In this document: one piece after another, positions 14,016-23,273 of the stretch | How positions within the stretch are numbered: the stretch's first letter is position 1 | How the letters are laid out: each line of letters begins with the position of its first letter | Origin: a virus | Taxonomy: Duplodnaviria > Caudoviricetes | Virus record (IMG/VR): IMGVR_UViG_3300044260_000048 | Coordinates: 1 to 36,220 of that record | Length of the DNA: 36,220 nucleotides | Strand: one strand, 5' to 3' | Program-made: the position numbers and the translations under genes | The notes under the pieces: generated by a model | What the model was told of the DNA's origin: nothing | What the model saw: only the letters and a program-made list of their open reading frames with translations | The model's database searches: none

Positions 14016-16061
14016 TTAGGGCGTCGGCGGGTTCGGAAGGGTCACGTCGAACGTGAAGCCGAAGGAACTGCCGTTAAACGCCTCCTGGATGATCGAGAAG
14101 CCTGTGGTCTCCATGAGCAGCGCGGCGTAGCCGCGGCCCATGACGTTATAGGGCGGGCCGGAACCCGGGCAGGTGATCGTGCCGCCGATCGTGAGGTCGC
14201 CGGTGCCCGTGGCGTAGCCGGTCCATGAGTATGGCGGGGCGACGTCTGCGACGGCCATGCAGGCGTAGGCCGACCCGTCGAGGTTGTCGCGCGCCCACTG
14301 GCGCACCTGCGTGCCGTCTGTCGTGGTGATGATCGTGTTCTGGCCATAGGCGACCTTCTGGAGGCTGAACCCGCCGAACAGGACCGACTCCGCCGAGGCC
14401 GAGGCCGAGACGAGCGAGGGCGCGTCCGAGCCCGACGTGACGAGGCTGTCGCTGCCCGAGACGACCGAGAGCGTCTGGGAGAAGACGCCGGCCACCTCGT
14501 ACACCCACATGGCATTGCCCTGCCCCTGCGCCACGAACGTCGCCACGGTCGCCGACTCGCCGGGCACCACCTCCCGGTAGTACATGGACATGCCGCCAGC
14601 CCCCGCACCCGGGAACTGCGTCGGATCGGCGAAGCTGGCGATCCCGTAGGCGAGCGTCCACGGGTGCGCCGATCTGTCGAGGGGTAGCTGGCTCACGCTG
14701 GCGCAGTAGGCGATGAGGAAGTGGCCGGCGGGCGGCGGCAGCGACACCTCGCGCAGCCGGGGGATGACGATGAGCTCGCCATTGTCGTCGTCGCGGCTGA
14801 TCGTGATGGCGACGACCTGGAAGCTCGCCTCGTTGAAGTCGAAGGGCCCGGTCCCCGTGTGGACGGTCACGTAGTCCCCGACCCAGAAGTCGCCGTTGGC
14901 CGAGCCGGGCGGGCCGGGCAAGTAGAAGCCGGCGGTCGCGTCCGGGCCGATGACCGCTCCGACCGTGACCGGGTCCGCGAGCGAGAGCGCCGTCCGCCGG
15001 TTCGCGATCGGGAAGCTGATGACGTCGCTGACCCGCTGGCGTTCGACAAGATCGGCGGCGCCAATCGCATCGAGCGTCGCCGTGACGGCCCCGAACGCCG
15101 TGACGAACCCCTCCTTCGTCACGCGGGAGGCGGCGTCGGAGAGGACGGCCGAGCCGTAGTGATCGGTCTCGCCGCCGACGAGATCGTGGGTGACGACGCG
15201 ATCCTCGGCCAGCGTCCGCCGGAGTTCCGAGGCGATGTTGACGCCCTTCTCGAAACGCACGATGCCCGGGCCGAAGGCGACGCCGTGCAGGTCGCGGCCG
15301 AACTCGTTGTACGCGTGGAGTCCGAAGTCGGGGTCCATCTGGATGGTGAGGGCATGTGTCTTGAGGAGTTCCAGGGCGATGTCGACGCCCGGATCGCCCA
15401 CCTTGTACGTGAACTCGTCCGTCGCGTCGGTATCGAGCCAGGTATCGCCGTTCGAATCGATGTCGTAATCGAAGTCGGCCATCACCAAGGGGATCGGCGC
15501 CTGCGGCCGGGTGCTCGATTGGAACTCCTGCACGAGACGGAAGAGGATCTGGCCCGCTTTCTTGCCCGTCCCCGCGAGGTAGGCCCGCACGAGCCCGTCG
15601 GCCGGCGGTGGGTCGCCGCCCGGGATGAACGATCCGGCCCACGCGACGCCGTAGCCGAGGTACGACAGGATGCCCCGCCCACCGAAGCGGAGCAGTTCGC
15701 CGCCCTCCTCATCCTCACTGATGAGCGTGAAGTCGCCCGTCTCGATGAAGAACGCGAAGAGGTAGTCGGGGCCGACCTCGGGCAGGCGGACCCTGACGAG
15801 GTTGCCCTGGGCGAGGATCGCGGCCGTCGCCTGCGCGCTCCCCTGCGGGATCGTGAACTCACCCGAGCCCGTGCCGTCGAGCTCGACATGGATCGTCTTC
15901 TCTCGCGCGTCATAGAGCGTCGCGAGGTATTCGGGCGCGCCGGCCCCCGGCAGCATCGCGAACATGTCCCATTCGAGCACGGGCTCGGCGGACGTGCTGA
16001 GCGGCGCCGAGCGGAACGGGCGGCTCGGCCCGAACCCGGGAGCGCCGCCGGGAGCCGGCAT
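14016..16061 (-). CDS. Tail hub / minor tail protein with a C-terminal accessory domain
   Basis: Position after Dit; ELDGTGSGEFTIP and DFWVGDYVTV hub-like motifs. Confidence 0.75.
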   Translation of the reverse strand: MPAPGGAPGFGPSRPFRSAPLSTSAEPVLEWDMFAMLPGAGAPEYLATLYDAREKTIHVELDGTGSGEFTIPQGSAQATAAILAQGNLVRVRLPEVGPDYLFAFFIETGDFTLISEDEEGGELLRFGGRGILSYLGYGVAWAGSFIPGGDPPPADGLVRAYLAGTGKKAGQILFRLVQEFQSSTRPQAPIPLVMADFDYDIDSNGDTWLDTDATDEFTYKVGDPGVDIALELLKTHALTIQMDPDFGLHAYNEFGRDLHGVAFGPGIVRFEKGVNIASELRRTLAEDRVVTHDLVGGETDHYGSAVLSDAASRVTKEGFVTAFGAVTATLDAIGAADLVERQRVSDVISFPIANRRTALSLADPVTVGAVIGPDATAGFYLPGPPGSANGDFWVGDYVTVHTGTGPFDFNEASFQVVAITISRDDDNGELIVIPRLREVSLPPPAGHFLIAYCASVSQLPLDRSAHPWTLAYGIASFADPTQFPGAGAGGMSMYYREVVPGESATVATFVAQGQGNAMWVYEVAGVFSQTLSVVSGSDSLVTSGSDAPSLVSASASAESVLFGGFSLQKVAYGQNTIITTTDGTQVRQWARDNLDGSAYACMAVADVAPPYSWTGYATGTGDLTIGGTITCPGSGPPYNVMGRGYAALLMETTGFSIIQEAFNGSSFGFTFDVTLPNPPTP

Positions 16062-16064
16062 CGC

Positions 16065-16628
16065 TCAGTTCAGCGAATCGACGCGGAAGCCATGGACGGT
16101 CAGCGAGCCGGTCGCCACGGTCTGGGTGAAGAACATGTCGAGGGCCGAGGCGACCGTATTGTCGAAGCCTGCGCCGACCGCCGGGGCACCAACGGGGACA
16201 AGCAGCGTGCCGTTACCGCCGGCCGATGGGAGCGGAGCGCCGACGACGGCCTCCGAGGTGAACTTCCCGAGACCGAAGAGCGTGGTCGAGGTTCCGGTGC
16301 CGACCGACCGACACGTCAGGTCGATCTCCAGCCACCACGGGACCGTCGTCTTGGCGACGACGTTCAGGCCGAGGGCGCCCGTGTCGAAGACGATCGTCGT
16401 TCCAGCCGAGCCAAGGCAGACATCGAAGCGCGCCGTGCCCGGCGTCGTCACGGCACAGGAGATCCGGCCGTGCATCAGGATCCGGAGGACGCGGCCGATG
16501 GAGAAGTAGTTGTTCGGCAGCGTGATCCGGTTGGCGACCGGGATGCACGAGGCGCGCGCGGCGGCGGTCAGGGTCGGCCCATCCGTCGCCGCCGCGACGA
16601 TCGTTTCCTGCCAGGTCTGGTTGCTCAT
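16065..16628 (-). CDS. Beta-rich minor tail/virion protein
   Basis: ATG 16628 with AGGAG SD; Thr/Gly-rich. Confidence 0.7.
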   Translation of the reverse strand: MSNQTWQETIVAAATDGPTLTAAARASCIPVANRITLPNNYFSIGRVLRILMHGRISCAVTTPGTARFDVCLGSAGTTIVFDTGALGLNVVAKTTVPWWLEIDLTCRSVGTGTSTTLFGLGKFTSEAVVGAPLPSAGGNGTLLVPVGAPAVGAGFDNTVASALDMFFTQTVATGSLTVHGFRVDSLN

Positions 16629-16653
16629 GCGGCATCTCCTCGTGTGTCCATTG

Positions 16654-17355
16654 CTACGTGATCGACCAGTCGGGATCCACCGACTCGAGCTCGATCGAGA
16701 CGGCGGCGATCTCCGGCGCCCGCTGGTCCCAGACGGCATTGAGCGTGCGCGCGGCGATCGTCGCGGTCGAGCCGTCCTCGAGCGCGGCGACGAGGTCGGC
16801 GGGCTCGGCCGTCGGGTCGAAGAGCGTCCGCACCGCATGGGCGTTCGCGCGGAAGTTCGCCCGGTCCCCGCTGCTGCCGGCGCTGTCGACCTCGCGGACC
16901 TGGTCACCCGAATCGTGCGCCCAGGCCAGCGGTGCGGTGAGCGTGATCGTCGTGCCGCTGATGCCGCCCGGCGCGATGCGCCGGATCTCGGTCTCGCCCG
17001 TGTCGCCGATACGCAGGTAGTCGCCGGCGGTCATCGAGCCGTTCGAGGCGACCACGATGACCGCTGCCCCGGCCGCCGCATCAGCCGTCAGGGTCGTATC
17101 CGCGCCGCCGGCCGTCTCGGGCGCCATGGCGGGGGCGCCGGTGCCCATGACGTAGCCGCGCAGCTCGATGACCAGGCGGTCGGCGACGCGGTTGCGCACG
17201 TAGCGGCCCGAGCGCGCCGGGATGACGACGTCGACGCCGCGCACCTCGGGCGGCTCGCCGAGGCCACGCACGAGCTCGAGGAAGATGCCGAGGTCGGAGC
17301 GCTGGACGTCGGTCCCGTCGAACGTGAGGCCGATGACGGCGAGCGGGCTGCTCAT
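16654..17355 (-). CDS. Distal tail (Dit-like) protein with an inserted 81-aa module (16876-17118)
   Basis: Follows the tape measure; ATG 17355; ends ELESVDPDW. Confidence 0.8.
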   Translation of the reverse strand: MSSPLAVIGLTFDGTDVQRSDLGIFLELVRGLGEPPEVRGVDVVIPARSGRYVRNRVADRLVIELRGYVMGTGAPAMAPETAGGADTTLTADAAAGAAVIVVASNGSMTAGDYLRIGDTGETEIRRIAPGGISGTTITLTAPLAWAHDSGDQVREVDSAGSSGDRANFRANAHAVRTLFDPTAEPADLVAALEDGSTATIAARTLNAVWDQRAPEIAAVSIELESVDPDWSIT

Positions 17356-19712
17356 CGGTAGGCCCTCGCTGGCGTGAGCACGCCGAACTCCGACAGCCGC
17401 CGGAGTTGGTTGGCGACCTCGAACGGGTCGCGGGCGCGCAGCAGTCCCTGGACGTTCACCTGGTAGGTGTTCCCGCCGCCCGGCAGCTGCGCCATCGGGA
17501 TGACCGTGCCCGAGACGTTCGGGACGAAGAGCTCGGGCACGCCCTGCTCGCCGACCCAGTACGGGTGTCCGGCGAGGGCCGGCCCGCCGGCCGCGAGCTG
17601 GTCCTTGCCCGGATGGGCATCGTTGCTCTTCCACTCGGGCAGCGGCGTGTTCGGGTGGGTCGTGAATTCGTGGATCGTGCCCTGGATGAGACGGATGACG
17701 CCGAGGATCGCCTCGTAGACCTTCTTCTTCCCGGCCGGGCTCCGCAGGTACGCCGCGAGGTTGTCTACGACGCCCGCGCCGGCTGCGGTGCCGGCCGGCG
17801 GGAGGTCCCGCAGCGCGGCGTCGACGATCTCCTTGAGCGCCTGGGCGTTCGCGCGGACCTGCGGGTCCTTCGAGCGCAGGCCATCGGCGATCGCCTTCGC
17901 AGTGTCCTTGCCGATGATGCCGGCGTCGGGCTTCATCTCCGCGATGCGGCCGAGGATGGCGTCCTTCACGGCCTCCGCCTGGGCGCGGATGGCGGGGTCC
18001 TTCGAGCGCAGCCCGTCGGCCAGGGCCTGGCTCGTCAGCTGACCCGATAGGCGGGCGAACTCGGCCGTCTTGGTGAGCGGGTGCTTGAGCATCTCGATGA
18101 GCGCGTCGAAGGCGTCGACCGGCTTGCGGCGGGCGGCCGTGATCCCATCGGCGAGACCCTGGGCCACGCCGTCGCCGGCGCTCTTCGCCGCGGTGGCGGC
18201 CCGCTCGGCGGCGGTCTCGACCGCATCGGGGATGGTGGCAGCGACCTTGGCCGCAGAGGCGGCGACCTTCGGCTCCGCGGCGGCGATCGCCGCGTCGACG
18301 GCGTCGAGCTGCTGCTGGAGGGCATCGATCTGCCCGCCGTAGAGGAAGCCCGAGAGCGGGCCGGCCGCTCCGCCGATCTGCCGGATCCCTTCCTCGAGCG
18401 CGGCCTTCGACTGCTTCAGCTGCGCGACCGTTCCGCCGGCGATCTGTTTGCCGACGGCCTCGCCGATCTCCGTCGTCTGCTGCTGGAGCCCGGGGTCCAA
18501 GATGAGCGACTTGAAGGCGACGACGACGCTGGCGGCCACGGCGGCCATGCCGAGCGGGATCGCGAGGGCGATGGCGCTGCCCAGGGCGGTGCCGCTCGAG
18601 AGGCCGACCGAGGCCATGACCGGCGCCAGCATCGCAATCATCCGCGGGCCCAGCAGCCCCGCGATGCCACCGACCCCGCCGAGGATGCCCTTGAGCAGCC
18701 CGGGCCCGACGACCGAGGCGGCCATGATGAGCGGCCCGAAGTTCGTCCCGAACTCGGCCAGCGCGCCCGTGGCGTTCTTGAGGATGAGCTGGAACTGGGC
18801 ACCGAAGCCCGACTCGACGGCCTTGGCCGCGTTCGTCGTCGCGCCGGCGGCCTCGTCCATGCTGATGCCGAACTGGCTGAGGTCGCCACCCGACGCGGCC
18901 AGCGCCGCGGCGAGCTGCGGCCCCGCCCGGTTGCCGAAGAGCTCGGTCGCCTTCGTCGCCCGCTCGAAGGGATCCTTGGTCGCCGCGATGTCGGCGATGA
19001 GGGCCTTGAGCTCGGCCGGGCTCTTGACCTTCTTGAGCGCCGTGGCGAGCGCCTGGGGCATCTTCGAGGCATCGATGCCCGCGGCGTTGAAGAGGTTGAG
19101 CAGCGCGATCCCGTCGTCGATGCTCATGTTCGCGGCGGTCATCGCCGGCGCCATCCGGGCGAGGGCGTCGTTCGTCTCGGCGATGGATCCGCCGTAGCGG
19201 TGGTGGCTCGCGACGAGCTTGTCGAGCAGCATCCCCGAGTCGGCGGCCGTGAGGTTCCAGGCGTCGAGCGTGTCGTCCGCCTGGCTCACCGCCTCGGCGG
19301 CGTTCTGGCCGGTCGCCGTGGCGAACTTGAGGAACAGGGCCGTCGCGTCGTCGGCCGCCTGGCCGGTCAGCCCGAGGTCGTTGTGGACCTTGGCCATCGC
19401 GGCGCCGATCTCGTCGAAGCCCTGGAGGTTGTTGCGGTACATGCCCGCCAGCGCCTTCTCGGCGAGCCCGGCCTCGGTGGCCGTCATGCCGGTGTCGGCC
19501 TGGAGCTGGCGCGTCGCCGCGTCGAGCTGGTTGGCGCCGGAGAGCGCGGCCCCGAGGGCCATGCCGACGCCCGCGCCGAGCCCGGTCCGTAGCAGGCCCG
19601 ACATCCGCTTGCCCATCGACGTGGCAGCGGAGTCAGCGGCCCGGGCGGCGTTCGCCTCGAACTCGCCGGTCTCGAGGTTGAGATGGACCGACGCGAAGAT
19701 GTCAGCTAACAC
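17352..19712 (-). CDS. Tape measure protein
   Basis: 786-aa Ala-rich helical protein with a hydrophobic middle; C-terminal AAGGP...VGEQGVPELFVP. Confidence 0.92.
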   Translation of the reverse strand: MLADIFASVHLNLETGEFEANAARAADSAATSMGKRMSGLLRTGLGAGVGMALGAALSGANQLDAATRQLQADTGMTATEAGLAEKALAGMYRNNLQGFDEIGAAMAKVHNDLGLTGQAADDATALFLKFATATGQNAAEAVSQADDTLDAWNLTAADSGMLLDKLVASHHRYGGSIAETNDALARMAPAMTAANMSIDDGIALLNLFNAAGIDASKMPQALATALKKVKSPAELKALIADIAATKDPFERATKATELFGNRAGPQLAAALAASGGDLSQFGISMDEAAGATTNAAKAVESGFGAQFQLILKNATGALAEFGTNFGPLIMAASVVGPGLLKGILGGVGGIAGLLGPRMIAMLAPVMASVGLSSGTALGSAIALAIPLGMAAVAASVVVAFKSLILDPGLQQQTTEIGEAVGKQIAGGTVAQLKQSKAALEEGIRQIGGAAGPLSGFLYGGQIDALQQQLDAVDAAIAAAEPKVAASAAKVAATIPDAVETAAERAATAAKSAGDGVAQGLADGITAARRKPVDAFDALIEMLKHPLTKTAEFARLSGQLTSQALADGLRSKDPAIRAQAEAVKDAILGRIAEMKPDAGIIGKDTAKAIADGLRSKDPQVRANAQALKEIVDAALRDLPPAGTAAGAGVVDNLAAYLRSPAGKKKVYEAILGVIRLIQGTIHEFTTHPNTPLPEWKSNDAHPGKDQLAAGGPALAGHPYWVGEQGVPELFVPNVSGTVIPMAQLPGGGNTYQVNVQGLLRARDPFEVANQLRRLSEFGVLTPARAYR

Positions 19713-19773
19713 GCTCGTGGCACACCTCCTTTGTCGTGAGGCGCGGCCGGCCGAGCGGTCGCTGGGGCTGCAT

Positions 19774-20170
19774 TCAGTTCACCTTCACGATGCCGAGCCG
19801 GCCGAGCTTGGCGAGCGCGGCGCGGTACTCGGCCGGCGTCTGGGCCGGCACGTCGGGCAGATACGGTGGCCGCGGCAGGTTGGGCGCCCGGTCCATGACG
19901 ATCTGGTACATCGGCACCGCCGAGCGGCGCAGCGCGTCGCTGACCGCGGCGAACGTCTCGGTCATGCGGTCGCGCTGCTCGCGGTTCATGCGCTCCTGCG
20001 CCTTCGCGTAGAAGAGGCTGACCTGGCGCTCGGTGAGCGCGGCTTCAAGATCGTCGGGGCCGCGGAAGTGCCAGTGGGCGATGGCCCACTCGTGAAGTTC
20101 GCCGAGGCTGACCCGGCGGCCAGGCGGACGAGCGCGAGGAGCATCGCCGTCTGGCTCTGTGCTTGGGGGA
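19774..20170 (-). CDS. Tail assembly chaperone, frameshifted C-terminal (T-like) segment
   Basis: The -1 frame of the chaperone stays open through ELHEWAIAHW...LTERQVSLFY into MNREQRD...; slip site inferred. Confidence 0.6.
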
Positions 20171-20492
20171 AGGCCACCTCCACGAGCTTCGTGTAGATCG
20201 CGTCGATCTCGCGCTCGGTCGCGTCCTCGAGGTCACCCAGGGCGCCCGTGACGTCGTAGGCCAAGATAAGCTCGCGCTCGGCGTCGGCCATCGCGCGCTG
20301 ACCATCGGGCGTGTCCGAGGGGACCCCGACGAGCTCGACGAAGCTCGCCTGGAGCTTCGCCTGCCAGTCGCGGTTGGCGCGCCACTTCAGCTCGGGGACG
20401 AGGCGCGTCGTCCCGTCGATGTCGAAGGAGAGCAGGCCGCGGACGATCTCGAGCTCGGCCTGCTCCTCGTCCTTCTGCTCACGCGGCGACAT
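19986..20492 (-). CDS. Tail assembly chaperone (G-like)
   Basis: Between tail tube and TMP; ATG 20492; C-terminal tail looks like out-of-frame sequence. Confidence 0.75.
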   Translation of the reverse strand: MSPREQKDEEQAELEIVRGLLSFDIDGTTRLVPELKWRANRDWQAKLQASFVELVGVPSDTPDGQRAMADAERELILAYDVTGALGDLEDATEREIDAIYTKLVEVAFPQAQSQTAMLLALVRLAAGSASANFTSGPSPTGTSAAPTILKPRSPSARSASSTRRRRSA

Positions 20493-20859
20493 GGCTGATC
20501 TTCCCGAAGCCCCTGCGGCCGGGTCCTTTGGCTCGGTTGCACGGGCGGCACATCGTCTGGATGTTGTCGACGGTGTTCGGCCCTCCGAGGATGAAAGGCA
20601 GGATGTGGTCGACGCCTCTTCCCTCACCGCAGACGATGCAGACGGGTTGGCGTGCCCAGAGGGCGAGCACGTCCGGCATCGTCAGGTGACCCGGAACACC
20701 CGCCGCCGCGGCATTGCGGTTGCTTCGAAGCGCTGCCTTGCTAGCCGCGTAGTTCAGCGGATGAGCGGCCTTCCACCGCTGGGTTGCTTCGTACTGGCGG
20801 CCGGGCGCGCGCCGGTAATAGCCGCGGAGGTATTCCCGGCGCGCTTCAGTCAGGGGCAT
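20479..20859 (-). CDS. Free-standing HNH endonuclease in the tail operon
   Basis: CIVCG...VDHILP...GGPNTVDNIQTMCRPCNRAK. Confidence 0.88.
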   Translation of the reverse strand: MPLTEARREYLRGYYRRAPGRQYEATQRWKAAHPLNYAASKAALRSNRNAAAAGVPGHLTMPDVLALWARQPVCIVCGEGRGVDHILPFILGGPNTVDNIQTMCRPCNRAKGPGRRGFGKISHVAA

Positions 20860-20865
20860 GACCGG

Positions 20866-21636
20866 TTACCCGATCTCAATCGAGACGGGGCACAGAGTCG
20901 GCGTCGCTCCGTCATAGAAACCCGTCATGATGACGTGCGAGCCGGCCACGACGGCGTCGCTCATCTCGACGTTCAGCTTGCCGTCCGAGAGGGCGTCGGA
21001 CACGGTCACCTTGAGGTGCCGGCCGTCCACGCCGAGCCCGTCGATGATGACGTCCTTGAAGGTGGCGGACGGGACACGACCGGTCGACCAGGTGATGACC
21101 GTCGTCCCGGCGTCGTCGACCTCGACGTAGTCGTCGCCCGCGTCGTGCGCGCGGAGCAGCGGCGTCTCGAGCGTGATGCCCGTGCCGCCGTTGATCGTGC
21201 CGACCCCGCCGACGGCGATCCTGTGGATCTCCTCCTCGCCGGCGTCGCCGATCTTGAGGTAGTCGCCCGCCGTGAGGTTGGCGACGCTCGTGACCTTGAT
21301 GTTCGTCGCACCTGCCGCGACGTCGGCATAGAGGGTGCCCGTGCCGCCGCCGCCGGTGGTGGCCGCGGTGCCGACGACGGAACTCGAGCCGGGCATCGCC
21401 CAGGCGAGCTTGGCGGCCGTGATCTCGTTCACGTCGAACTCGACCGTCGCCTTGATCTTCGTGTTGAACACGGCACCCGAGATGGGCCCGCCGGCGCCCT
21501 GGAACTCGGGCGCGTACTGCGTCGCCTCGACCGTGACCTTGGGAGGCGTGAGGGTGGCCCCGACCTCGGTCCCACCCACCGTGAGCGAGGCGGGGGGCCC
21601 GAAGAACAGGGCGGTGCTATCGATCGTCGTCGCCAC
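20866..21636 (-). CDS. Major tail tube protein with an inserted module (~21106-21360)
   Basis: LFFGPPASLTVGGTEVGAT; AGGAG SD; position. Confidence 0.85.
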   Translation of the reverse strand: MATTIDSTALFFGPPASLTVGGTEVGATLTPPKVTVEATQYAPEFQGAGGPISGAVFNTKIKATVEFDVNEITAAKLAWAMPGSSSVVGTAATTGGGGTGTLYADVAAGATNIKVTSVANLTAGDYLKIGDAGEEEIHRIAVGGVGTINGGTGITLETPLLRAHDAGDDYVEVDDAGTTVITWSTGRVPSATFKDVIIDGLGVDGRHLKVTVSDALSDGKLNVEMSDAVVAGSHVIMTGFYDGATPTLCPVSIEIG

Positions 21637-21667
21637 TGTGGTCTCCTATTCCGGATGTGCTGCCTGG

Positions 21668-22090
21668 TCAGACCGGGATCGCCTGGATGCTGCGGTTGAG
21701 TTCGACCACGCCGTAGGCATACGGCTGTTGCGTGTCGGGGTCCTTCCCCAGCGTTGGCCCTCCTACTGCGGAGCTGTAGTAGATGCCGAGCCCCGAGGTC
21801 GCGACGCGCGGCCCGCGGCGATGGAAGACGGCGGCGCAGGCGAGATAGAGCATCTCGGCCCGAGCGAATGTCTCGGCGTAGCAGCGCAGCCCAAGACTCG
21901 TCATGGCGATGGCGGTCGATGCCTGCCACGGGTCGTCGAGCGTGACGAGCACGACGAAGGGCACGTAGGATCCCGGGCCCTTGGCATCGTTCTCGCCCGG
22001 TTCGACCGGGCGGATGCGCGTCGTGATCGCCGTGACGCCCGCATCGGCGCCGAGCTCCGCGATCGCGGCGCCGAGCGGCGAGAGCGTCAC
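21668..22090 (-). CDS. Tail terminator-like protein
   Basis: GTG 22090; PFVVL...LRCYAET...A; precedes the tail tube. Confidence 0.7.
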   Translation of the reverse strand: MTLSPLGAAIAELGADAGVTAITTRIRPVEPGENDAKGPGSYVPFVVLVTLDDPWQASTAIAMTSLGLRCYAETFARAEMLYLACAAVFHRRGPRVATSGLGIYYSSAVGGPTLGKDPDTQQPYAYGVVELNRSIQAIPV

Positions 22091-22668
22091 AGGACACCCC
22101 TCCCGCGGACCTTCGCCTCGGTCGTCCGGACGGCCTTCTGGGCGATCCGCAGCGCCTCGGTGTCGCCGGCCTTCATCGCGACGCCGACCTGCGCCCGCCA
22201 CGGAGCGGAGGCCATCCGGGCGGCCATCGCGCGCTCGACGTAGGGGCCGGCACCGCGGATCTGGCGATTGACGGCCGGGAGGAGGAACGGGCGGGCTGTC
22301 ATCTTGACCGTGCCGAGCTCGAGGAGGTGCGCGAGATGGCTGCTGAACCAGACGCCGAGGACGGCCTGCCCGGCCGGCGTGTTCATGCCGCGCGGCTTGC
22401 CGGTCCCGCCGACATCGCCGGCGACCTTCTTGCCGTTCGCGTAGACGACGAAGTTCCCCGTGTCGCGCATCATCGGCACGCCCCGCGCCGCCGCGGCCAC
22501 CGGATCCTTCGGTGCGGTCTCCCGGGCGTCGGCGATGATCCGCTCACCGATGGCCGCCAGGGCGTCGGCCATCCCGAGTTGCGCCTCGTCGAGCGCCTGG
22601 CGGTTCATGACGACGCGCGCCTTGCGCCGGGCGGTCAACTTCGCGGAGACGATCGTCGGGCTGGGCAT
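22087..22668 (-). CDS. HK97 gp10-like tail-completion protein
   Basis: AHLLELGTVKMTARPFLLPA. Confidence 0.85.
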   Translation of the reverse strand: MPSPTIVSAKLTARRKARVVMNRQALDEAQLGMADALAAIGERIIADARETAPKDPVAAAARGVPMMRDTGNFVVYANGKKVAGDVGGTGKPRGMNTPAGQAVLGVWFSSHLAHLLELGTVKMTARPFLLPAVNRQIRGAGPYVERAMAARMASAPWRAQVGVAMKAGDTEALRIAQKAVRTTEAKVRGRGVL

Positions 22669-23273
22669 CAGGCGATCCTCCGCAGGCCGAGTTCGAGGTG
22701 ATGCTCGAGCCCCGCCGCGTCGGGGACACTCAGGATGTCGTAGCGCCCGGCCATGTCGGCGGGCGAACCGAGCTCGATCCAGTCGTGCGTCGTGAGGCCG
22801 GCGAGCGGGCGCAGGTAGCCGACGTACTCGCCGATCGCGGCCCCTGCCTGCGACGCCAGGGCGACCTCGCGCGCCGCGCGCGGCTGGATGAGCCCCGCCA
22901 CCGTGGCCACGGTCGTCGCGACCGTGACCGGCTGGCCGTAGTCATCGAGCGTGGGCGTCCCGGCGTCGTCGACCTGGCGGACCTGGTCGCCGCTGTCGTG
23001 GGCCGCCGCGAGCTCGGCCGTGAGTGTGACGACGAGCCCGGCCACGCCCCCCGGGGCCACCTGGCGGATTTCCGTCTCGCCGGCGTCCCCGATGCGCAGC
23101 CAGTCGCCCTCGGCGATGCCCGTCGCGTCGGCCACCGAGACCGAGGTCGCCCCGGCGGCGGTATCGGCGGTGAGGGTCGTGTCGACGCCGCCCGCCGTCT
23201 CGCCCGCGCCGCCGGTGGCCGCGACCAGCCGGCGGACGACGAGCGTATGGCGCAGGCGGTCGTCGAAGCTCAC
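22668..23273 (-). CDS. Head-closure (stopper, SPP1 gp16-like) protein with an inserted 81-aa module (22959-23201)
   Basis: GTG 23273; LRHTLVVRR...DDYGQP...YDILSVPD...HHLEL. Confidence 0.8.
   Translation of the reverse strand: MSFDDRLRHTLVVRRLVAATGGAGETAGGVDTTLTADTAAGATSVSVADATGIAEGDWLRIGDAGETEIRQVAPGGVAGLVVTLTAELAAAHDSGDQVRQVDDAGTPTLDDYGQPVTVATTVATVAGLIQPRAAREVALASQAGAAIGEYVGYLRPLAGLTTHDWIELGSPADMAGRYDILSVPDAAGLEHHLELGLRRIA

Noticed and set aside
20479-20870. Target-site duplication around the tail-operon HNH
   Set aside because: Only scattered AGATC/CATG matches; no convincing repeat
16876-23201. Repeated module as an intein, intron or DGR repeat
   Set aside because: No N-terminal Cys/Ser or C-terminal His-Asn splice motifs, no reverse transcriptase in the genome, and the copies are too diverged for a template/variable repeat pair
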